Shown: one piece after another, positions 24,525 to 31,672 of the stretch
Numbering within the stretch: the first letter of the stretch is position 1
How the letters are laid out: each line of letters starts with the position of its first letter
Origin: an uncultured Muribaculaceae bacterium
GTDB taxonomy: Bacteria; Bacillota_I; Bacilli_A; RF39; UBA660
DNA: 33,011 nt
Direction: 5' to 3'
Assembly: GCA_964398265.1 (NCBI GenBank)
Contig: CAYNLX010000002.1
Span: forward strand, 1-33,011
Program-made: the position numbers and the translations under genes
The notes under the pieces: generated by a model
Database searches by the model: none
The model's input: the letters and a program-made list of their open reading frames with translations, nothing else
Told to the model about the DNA's origin: nothing

Positions 24525-26432
24525 ATGCACACAGCATTATCTTTATTTATTTTGTCTATCGGAAGTATTTTTGCTAGTGTTTTTTTAGATAAGCGTTTTG
24601 AAGAAAGTATTTCTTTTACTGTCTTAAGTATAACTTTCATTCTTTTCATCTTCTATATGCTTAACATAGTTTTAATCGGATTATATACGATCTTTGCATT
24701 ACTGTTTTTACTTTTGGTTTTATCCGCAATTAAATTTTTTAAAAATAAAGAGTGTCAAAAAAAATATTTATTAAATTTTTTTACACCAGGTCTTTTAATA
24801 TTTATTTTATTATCAATAATCATATATTACATTGTTAAAGATAACTACGTAATGTATTTTGACGAATTAAGAATGTGGGCAAAATATCCAAAAAGTATTT
24901 TTTATACCAATAGATTAATGCTAGATAAATCTTTAATTTTTAGTTCAGACTATTATCCAGGCATGCCATTATTTCAATATTTTTGGTCAAAATGTGTTGC
25001 TACCTTTAAAGATTCTCATCTATATTTTAGTTATTCGATTTTTTGCTTATCGCTTATACTTCCAGTTACTAAAAAAATAACTTGGAAAAAATTTTATTTA
25101 ATTATACCTTCTTCATTTCTTCTATTTATGTTTCCCATGATATTTGCAAACAGTGGATTCGATGGACTTTACTACTATAGAACTTTGTATATTGATCCTG
25201 TTATTGGTATTACTTTTGGATTATCTCTTTTCTTGTCTACTCGTAATTTAAAAAATAATTGGTTTAATTATATTTTATTTGCTCTGTCTTTATCATCTAT
25301 ATTATTAATGAAAATAGTTGGACTAATTCTTGGTTCAGTAGTAATTTTATCTTTTCTGTTTAATCAGCTTGTTATATATAAAAATACTAGTTTAAAAATT
25401 AAAAAAAAGTTTATAAACAATTATTTGTTTTTGTTAATACCCATACTTTTATTTGCATTTACTTTTTTTTCTTGGCAAAACTTATCTGCTAAATATGGAA
25501 GTGTTAATATGGCAAACTCAATGGCAACCGGTGGAATAAAGAATGGAATTAACTTAATTTTTAATCCACAAAAAGAAGATATAGAATTTAGAGAAAGTTA
25601 TATTACGCATATTAATACAACTCCAATAATAGTAAACGATTTGTTATTCAAAGATAAACTTACATTGCCTAATATTACTTTGTTTTTTGCTTTTATAATG
25701 CTTTTATTGTTATTTTCTTGTAGAAAAAAAGATAAACAAATAATATTAAGCTCGATAGTATTTAGTATTATATCAATATTAGTATTTCTTTTGTTTTATT
25801 ATTATATATATAGCACAACTTTTAATAGAGTAATATTATGTTACGGAAGATATATTTCTCCAGTATTAGGTGGAATATCTATTTTGATTTTATACTTGCT
25901 ATTTAATACTGAAATGAAAAATAAATCTATTTCTATATTGATATATTCTATTATAACAATATTTCTGATTCATTTTTCACCAAAATTGAATAATTACAGA
26001 CTTGATGAACAAGTGAACTCCAATATTATTGAATATTCTAAAAATATTAATAAAGTTTTATCTAAATACGATGACGAAAAAAAGATTGGATTAATATATA
26101 ATTCCTGCGATACAGTATCTTTTTCTTGTATATATTATGAGCATCATCTTTCTTTGGATTTAATTGAATATAATATACAAGCCAGTGGAATGATTATTTC
26201 TGAAGCAGACCCAGCTTATTATTATACGCTAACAATAGAAAATATTAAAAGTAATGTCTTAATGAATGATTATCTTTTTGTTAATAATTATCTATTTATT
26301 TTCGAAAATGTTAATAACTTATCAAAAGAAGTTTATGATTTGTTTGGCGAAAGCTTAGAAGCTGGAGAAATATTTAAAGTTGATAGAAATGAAAAGTATA
26401 AAAATGGATTTAAATTAATAAAAATATCATAA
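24525..26432 (+). CDS. Polytopic membrane protein, putative GT-C fold glycosyltransferase; paralog of 10982-12856
   Basis: 635 aa with the same architecture as the 624-aa protein. The loop motif YFDELRMW (D113-E114, nt 24861-24866) aligns with VWDEFSHW. YYPGMPLFQYFWSKCVATFKDSHLYF aligns with YLSGTSIFQYYCLKLFGEYKESVLF. The soluble C-terminal domain is also alignable. Confidence 0.6.
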   Translation: MHTALSLFILSIGSIFASVFLDKRFEESISFTVLSITFILFIFYMLNIVLIGLYTIFALLFLLLVLSAIKFFKNKECQKKYLLNFFTPGLLIFILLSIIIYYIVKDNYVMYFDELRMWAKYPKSIFYTNRLMLDKSLIFSSDYYPGMPLFQYFWSKCVATFKDSHLYFSYSIFCLSLILPVTKKITWKKFYLIIPSSFLLFMFPMIFANSGFDGLYYYRTLYIDPVIGITFGLSLFLSTRNLKNNWFNYILFALSLSSILLMKIVGLILGSVVILSFLFNQLVIYKNTSLKIKKKFINNYLFLLIPILLFAFTFFSWQNLSAKYGSVNMANSMATGGIKNGINLIFNPQKEDIEFRESYITHINTTPIIVNDLLFKDKLTLPNITLFFAFIMLLLLFSCRKKDKQIILSSIVFSIISILVFLLFYYYIYSTTFNRVILCYGRYISPVLGGISILILYLLFNTEMKNKSISILIYSIITIFLIHFSPKLNNYRLDEQVNSNIIEYSKNINKVLSKYDDEKKIGLIYNSCDTVSFSCIYYEHHLSLDLIEYNIQASGMIISEADPAYYYTLTIENIKSNVLMNDYLFVNNYLFIFENVNNLSKEVYDLFGESLEAGEIFKVDRNEKYKNGFKLIKIS

Positions 26433-26449
26433 AGTAAAGGAAGTGAACA

Positions 26450-27604
26450 ATGCAAACACTAATCAATATTGATAATAAAAAAATAATATATTGGAGAGAT
26501 ATTCCAATTGATGTAGAAATTGGTATGTTTAGTTATTATGAAAAGTATTGTACCAATAAACTAGTTATAATTTGTCAAAAAGATTTTGATAATGCAAGAA
26601 AAAAAAGCAATTGGAATAAAAATGAAATTAATAATAGCACAAAAATATTTATTAAAAACATGGATCATGCAAATAGTTTAATTGATAAGTTCAAAAATGA
26701 TATAAATATTTTTTTCGGAATAACTGGAGTTAATCATTCTATTATAGAAATGTTAATAAAAATAAATCCTCATGCAAAGTTTTTTATTGTTGCTGAAAGG
26801 CCAAATGTTTATGGTAATTTTTTAACAAAAAAGATTAGATATATAACTAGATATACCTACTATTCAATTATGGCAAAAAGGTATCAAAAATTTTTACTTG
26901 GATATTTTTGTATAGGAAAATATGGAATAAAAACATATAAAAGTTATGGATGGTCACAAAAAAAATTATTTAATTACATGTATACTTTAAATCAGCATCC
27001 AAATTATAAAAAGGTGTTAAAAACTGATCCTTCAAAAATTAAAGTGTTATATATTGGTAGATTTCTTTTTAAAACAAAAGGTTTAGATTTAATAATAAAA
27101 GCGATGAATAAAGCTAAATATAATAATTTATTTTTAGATTTAGTTGGTGGGTATGGTAAAGATTTGCGAAAAGTTATGAAAATGATCGAACCTAATAAAA
27201 ATATTAATTACCTGGGTCAATGGAAAAATGAAGAATTATTTGAAAAAATTAATAATTATGACATTTGTATAGCCCCAAGTAGATATGATGGATGGAATTT
27301 AACTCCTAATTTAGCAATTGACTCATGTATTGGTACAATCACTACAGCTGAAGCAACAAGTGGAGAATTAATTAAATGTAGTGGTGCTGGAGTAGTCCTT
27401 GATAAAGCGAGGGTTAAAGATTTAAAAAATTTATTAGAAGAAATTGCTTTGAAAGCTCCCTTAATTGATTCATGGAAAGAAAATGCTAAAGAATATAAAG
27501 AAAAAATTAATAACGAAAAAATTTGTAGCTATTTTATCAATGTTATCAATTATTGTTATAATGATTATTATGGAAAAAGACCGGAGGAACCATGGAAAAA
27601 TTAA
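26450..27604 (+). CDS. GT-B (GT4-like) glycosyltransferase with a divergent EX7E region
   Basis: 384 aa. VLYIGRFLFKTKGLDLIIKAM and the following Rossmann-like half resemble GT4. The usual E.FG....EA block reads YDGWNLTPNLAIDS. RBS AAGGAAG. Confidence 0.6.
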   Translation: MQTLINIDNKKIIYWRDIPIDVEIGMFSYYEKYCTNKLVIICQKDFDNARKKSNWNKNEINNSTKIFIKNMDHANSLIDKFKNDINIFFGITGVNHSIIEMLIKINPHAKFFIVAERPNVYGNFLTKKIRYITRYTYYSIMAKRYQKFLLGYFCIGKYGIKTYKSYGWSQKKLFNYMYTLNQHPNYKKVLKTDPSKIKVLYIGRFLFKTKGLDLIIKAMNKAKYNNLFLDLVGGYGKDLRKVMKMIEPNKNINYLGQWKNEELFEKINNYDICIAPSRYDGWNLTPNLAIDSCIGTITTAEATSGELIKCSGAGVVLDKARVKDLKNLLEEIALKAPLIDSWKENAKEYKEKINNEKICSYFINVINYCYNDYYGKRPEEPWKN

Positions 27605-28821
27605 TTAAAAAAAACTTTAATACAATATTATATTTTATTGGAAGTTCACTTTATTCTATTATTACGATACTAATATCAATGTTTCTTACTTATTATTATC
27701 CTCAGGATATTTCACTTGCAGGAAAGTTTACTTTTGCATTTTATATTTCTTCAGTTTTTGCAACTATTGGTAACTATGGCGGAAGAATTATGCAAATATC
27801 AGATTATGATAATGATTTTTCTTCAAGCGAATATATTCGAATTAAGTATTATTCTTCAACAATAATGATGATTATAGCTTTAGTATTTTTCTTCATTAGT
27901 AATTACAGTATTGAAAAAATTTGCTTATTATTAGTATTTATGATTTATAGATTTGTAGAAAATATCATTGATTCATATTATGGAATTTGTCAAAAAAATT
28001 CCCATTTGAATAACGTTGGTATTTCTATTATTCTTAAAACAGTATTAAGCTTTGCAGGTTTTTTGGTGTTATTTATAAATACAAAAAATATGAGTTTATC
28101 TTCAATAGTTTTTATAATAATAAGCTTATTAATATTCTTTTTGTATGATACGAAAAAGGTTAAACCATTTTATAAGAAAGAGCCTATAAGAAAAGAAATG
28201 ATTTTATTAATTTTGAAAAAAAACTTTTCAGTATTTTTATCAACTTTTATTACATTAGGTTTTATGAATGTAACTAGATATTTTGTTGATATAAGGTTTA
28301 GTGAAGAAACTTTATCGATTTTTTCTTTATTAATATTACCTGCATCTTTAATAATATTATTTTCTCAAATAATTATACAGTCATATATTACTAAACTATC
28401 AACAATGTTACATAATAACGGGAAAAAGGCATTTTACAAACAAATATTTACTATTATTATTTATTTATTATTTATTGGAGCAATATTTTGCATATTAACA
28501 TATTTCTTCGGAACCTATTTAATGAATTTATTGTTTAATTATGACTTTTCTAGATATTCAACTTTCTTAGTTCTATCAATATTGTCAGGGGTTTGTTCAG
28601 GATTAGTTACATTTATTTCTACTGCATTTATTATATTAAGAAAGCTTAAGACTCAATTGTTTTGTTATTTATTTTCATTATTTATTTATATTATAATATC
28701 TTATCTAATTACTACTGGTACTTTGGCAAATTGTATGTATTCTTATTTTTTAGGATATTTAATTCAATTGATTATTATGTTAAGTGTATTTTTCCTTAAT
28801 AAAAAACAAGATTTGACTTGA
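27592..28821 (+). CDS. MOP-superfamily (Wzx/GacK-like) polysaccharide or lipid-linked sugar flippase
   Basis: 409 aa with about 12 hydrophobic segments by eye and no soluble domain. Size and topology are typical of Wzx-type proteins. It overlaps the preceding gene by 13 nt. Confidence 0.55.
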   Translation: MEKLIKKNFNTILYFIGSSLYSIITILISMFLTYYYPQDISLAGKFTFAFYISSVFATIGNYGGRIMQISDYDNDFSSSEYIRIKYYSSTIMMIIALVFFFISNYSIEKICLLLVFMIYRFVENIIDSYYGICQKNSHLNNVGISIILKTVLSFAGFLVLFINTKNMSLSSIVFIIISLLIFFLYDTKKVKPFYKKEPIRKEMILLILKKNFSVFLSTFITLGFMNVTRYFVDIRFSEETLSIFSLLILPASLIILFSQIIIQSYITKLSTMLHNNGKKAFYKQIFTIIIYLLFIGAIFCILTYFFGTYLMNLLFNYDFSRYSTFLVLSILSGVCSGLVTFISTAFIILRKLKTQLFCYLFSLFIYIIISYLITTGTLANCMYSYFLGYLIQLIIMLSVFFLNKKQDLT

Positions 28822-28865
28822 AATTATTACTATATTATAATTATAAATAGAGGAGGTTTTTTATT

Positions 28866-29984
28866 TTGGATACAAAAATAGAAAAAGAATTAAAACAAAT
28901 ATTGGAAAACTATGAATTAGGAAGTGACATTGTTTCAATTGATCCAGTAAATACAGGAATAATAAATAGTACGTTTCTTATTAAAACTAAAAATGGAGAT
29001 TATTTTATTATTCAAAAGATTAATACTGGCGTATTTTCTGAACCATATATACTTATGAAAAATATTGAACATGTAACAAATCACATAGAAAGATTTTATA
29101 GGAATAATAATGATTCTAGGCAATGTTTAAAAGTTATTAAAACTAAAGACGATGAATCATTATGCATTATTGATGATGAATTAGATGATAGACATTATTA
29201 TAGAGTATACAATTATATTAAGAATGCTGTGACATATAATAGTGTTAATGATTTAAATGTTGTTAGAAATGCAGGTATTGGTTTTGGAAATTTTGCTAAA
29301 GCATTAGATGATTATCCAATTGATGATTTAGATGAAACAATACCCAACTTTCACAATACACCTAATAGATATAAAGCACTTTTAAAAGACATTAAAATAG
29401 ATCCAAAGAATAGATCAGAACGAGTAAGTAAAGAAATACTATATTTTTTAAAGCATGAAGATGATTATGGAATTATTACTAAAGGTTTAGAAAGTGGAAT
29501 AATAAAAAGAAGAGTCACTCATAATGATACAAAAATAAATAATGTCATGATGGATGAACATTCCGGAGAATATGTATGTGTTGTAGATTTAGATACTGTT
29601 ATGCCAGGTAGTATATTATATGATTATGGTGACGGAATTAGGAGTGCTGCTTCTACTGCTAAAGACGATGAAAGAGATTTATCTCAAGTTGGATTTAATA
29701 AAGATGTGTTCTTATCATTTACGGATGGTTTTCTATCAGAAACAGCAACAATATTAAATGAATCAGAAATAAATCATATGGGTATATCCATACAACTAAT
29801 TACGACAGAGCTTGCTATGAGATTTCTAAATGATTATATTAATGGGGATACATATTTTAAGACAAGATATCCTGATCATAATTTGGTAAGAGCTAGAAAT
29901 CAACTTAAACTTGCCAATGAATTAGAGAATAATATGGATGATATAAATTATAATATTATTAAATTAGCAAAAAAATATAAGTAA
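28866..29984 (+). CDS. APH-fold sugar kinase, N-acetylhexosamine 1-kinase (NahK/LnpB)-like
   Basis: 372 aa with a TTG start 9 nt after AGGAGG (28851-28856). The catalytic block VTHNDTKINNVMMD...VVDLDTVMPGSILYDYGDGIR matches the NahK family as I remember it. Confidence 0.75.
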   Translation: MDTKIEKELKQILENYELGSDIVSIDPVNTGIINSTFLIKTKNGDYFIIQKINTGVFSEPYILMKNIEHVTNHIERFYRNNNDSRQCLKVIKTKDDESLCIIDDELDDRHYYRVYNYIKNAVTYNSVNDLNVVRNAGIGFGNFAKALDDYPIDDLDETIPNFHNTPNRYKALLKDIKIDPKNRSERVSKEILYFLKHEDDYGIITKGLESGIIKRRVTHNDTKINNVMMDEHSGEYVCVVDLDTVMPGSILYDYGDGIRSAASTAKDDERDLSQVGFNKDVFLSFTDGFLSETATILNESEINHMGISIQLITTELAMRFLNDYINGDTYFKTRYPDHNLVRARNQLKLANELENNMDDINYNIIKLAKKYK

Positions 29985-29993
29985 AGATTTCAT

Positions 29994-30019
29994 AAAAAGA
30001 TAGAAAATTCTATCTTTTT
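29994..30019. terminator. AT-rich bidirectional hairpin between convergent genes
   Basis: AAAAAGATAGA (29994-30004), loop AAAT, TCTATCTTTTT (30009-30019). T-runs on both strands. It overlaps the stop of the minus-strand gene at 30010. Confidence 0.45.
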
Positions 30020-31101
30020 ATTTTATATTTTATTATTTTTTTATTATTTAATAATCTTGAATCTTTAGGATTGATTTTTAATGCTTTATTGATATTTCTT
30101 AAAGACAGTTCGTATTTACCTTCATTAAAATAAGCTATTGATAATAAATCATAAATAGTTTCATTCCAACTAAATATTTCATTAATGTAAGTCATTTCAT
30201 GTGTAGTTATTTTTAATGCTTTATTGCAGTTTTTTATAACTTCTTTAAAATTTTTTAATCTATAAAATAATAATGATTTTTCTATATATGGATCTCTTAA
30301 ATATGGTGCTTCTTTTATCGCCTTATCTAACCATAATTCCGCTTCATCATATCTATTTAATGCAATATAACATCTTGATATAAACCTCATAGAAGCACAT
30401 CTTTCATCTTTCCATGTAGAACTATTTAACTTAAGATGTTTAATTAAAGTATCAATTGCTTTATTCCATTTTTTATTATACATATATTCTCTTCCTAAAT
30501 AATGCATATTTCTATCATTATTTGGATTCTCTTTAATAGCTAATTTTAATAGATTTAAATAAGAGCTCCTTGATTTGGTACTATCTGGATAATGATTTAA
30601 TATTATATTTTTATTTAATACGACTATTTCATTGTTTTTATTTTTTAATACTTCATGTACAGGATTAACCCACTCGTAATTATTTAAAGAGTGAATTTTA
30701 TCAGAAATATAACTTACTTTAGGCTTGTTATTTTCATTTAAGCTCCAGTTATAAATATATCTACATCTAGTAGTATTTTTTGTCCAAACTTTTTCCAATT
30801 CTATTCTCCACCCAGAAATAAATATCTCGTCTAAATCAGTACACACACAAATATCAGTATCATTTGGTATTAGTTTTAATGATTCGTTTCTGGCTATATC
30901 AAATCTCCAAGGATTTATTATTTTTGTTATTACATTTACATTGCGATTTTTTAATAAACTAATAGTCTTATCTGATGAACCAGTATCCATTACATATATT
31001 TCATCTGCTTCGCTCATAGAATCAACCCATCTATTAACAAATTTTTCTTCATTTTTGCTAATAGCATACACAATAACTTTATACTTATTCACATTAACCA
31101 A
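30010..31101 (-). CDS. GT2 (GT-A) glycosyltransferase fused to C-terminal TPR repeats
   Basis: 363 aa. VIVYAISKNEEKFVNRWVDSMSEADEIYVMDTGSSDKT, FDIARNESL and CTDLDE form the GT-A with DXD. The C-terminal roughly 170 aa are TPR-like (YLGREYMYNKKWNKAIDTL, YIALNRYDEAELWLDKAIK, AYFNEGKYELSLRNINKALKINP). The start is uncertain: TTG at 31101 overlaps the upstream gene by 8 nt, and GTG at 31092 is an alternative. No clear RBS. Confidence 0.8.
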   Translation of the reverse strand: MVNVNKYKVIVYAISKNEEKFVNRWVDSMSEADEIYVMDTGSSDKTISLLKNRNVNVITKIINPWRFDIARNESLKLIPNDTDICVCTDLDEIFISGWRIELEKVWTKNTTRCRYIYNWSLNENNKPKVSYISDKIHSLNNYEWVNPVHEVLKNKNNEIVVLNKNIILNHYPDSTKSRSSYLNLLKLAIKENPNNDRNMHYLGREYMYNKKWNKAIDTLIKHLKLNSSTWKDERCASMRFISRCYIALNRYDEAELWLDKAIKEAPYLRDPYIEKSLLFYRLKNFKEVIKNCNKALKITTHEMTYINEIFSWNETIYDLLSIAYFNEGKYELSLRNINKALKINPKDSRLLNNKKIIKYKIKR

Positions 31102-31582
31102 TTTTTAATACTGATAAAGATGAATCATGATAATTATTTGAGACTGTAGACGCATTAATTATAGTTATTTTGTCTGTATTATTAACAGTTATATTATGCT
31201 GAAGAACTATAGCTATTTGTGAAGTTCCACTTGAAACATATTCTGATGCTGTTGGAATAATTACCCCATTTACTGCTAAAGATGCTCCCCTATCACCAGA
31301 AGATGATGTATTTGCTACCAACGTACTAAATTGGATTAAATAAGTTCCTAGACTTAATATTACTGAATCAGGCGAAGTGTATGAAATAGTGCTTCCTGTC
31401 TGATTTACTATAGTTCCTAAAGAAACATTTGCTTTTGAAGCAATAGTAATAATTCCATCGTTACCTAGCAAAATACTATCTAATAATTGTACTGATCCAG
31501 TTGGACCAGTTGGGCCAGTTGGTCCTGTTTTTCCATAACATGTATAAACAAGACTTCCAGCATTAAGTTTACAATTTTCCAT
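31094..31582 (-). CDS. BclA-like collagen-repeat protein with a C1q/TNF-like C-terminal domain
   Basis: 162 aa, RBS AAGGAG. GKTGPTGPTGPTGSV gives five G-X-Y triplets, followed by a roughly 130-aa domain. Its pattern (DSVILSLGTYLIQFSTLVANTSS....SLAVNGVIIPTASEY) parallels the BclA C-terminal domain (DTFVISETGFYKITVIANTAT....TIQVNGVPVPGTGSS). Confidence 0.75.
   Translation of the reverse strand: MENCKLNAGSLVYTCYGKTGPTGPTGPTGSVQLLDSILLGNDGIITIASKANVSLGTIVNQTGSTISYTSPDSVILSLGTYLIQFSTLVANTSSSGDRGASLAVNGVIIPTASEYVSSGTSQIAIVLQHNITVNNTDKITIINASTVSNNYHDSSLSVLKIG
31490..31534 (-). repeat. Collagen-like G-X-Y triplet tract (9-bp CCAGTTGGN x3 core on the plus strand)
   Basis: The plus strand reads CCAGTTGGACCAGTTGGGCCAGTTGGTCC, which encodes GPTGPTGPT with synonymous wobble differences. 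Confidence 0.85.
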
Positions 31583-31646
31583 ATTAAAACTCCTTTTTAT
31601 ATAATATGAAAAAATAAATAAATTAGTTATTCTTGCTATTTATTAT

Positions 31647-31672
31647 ATAAAAATCAATCATTTCTGATTGAT
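31647..31672 (-). terminator. Intrinsic terminator of pepC
   Basis: Minus strand reads ATCAATCA (31672-31665), loop GAAA, TGATTGAT (31660-31653), then TTTTTA. The hairpin abuts the TAA stop. Confidence 0.6.

Noticed and set aside
28935-29123. 62-aa minus-strand ORF inside the NahK-like gene
   Set aside because: Same reasoning as above: antisense, no RBS, no motif.
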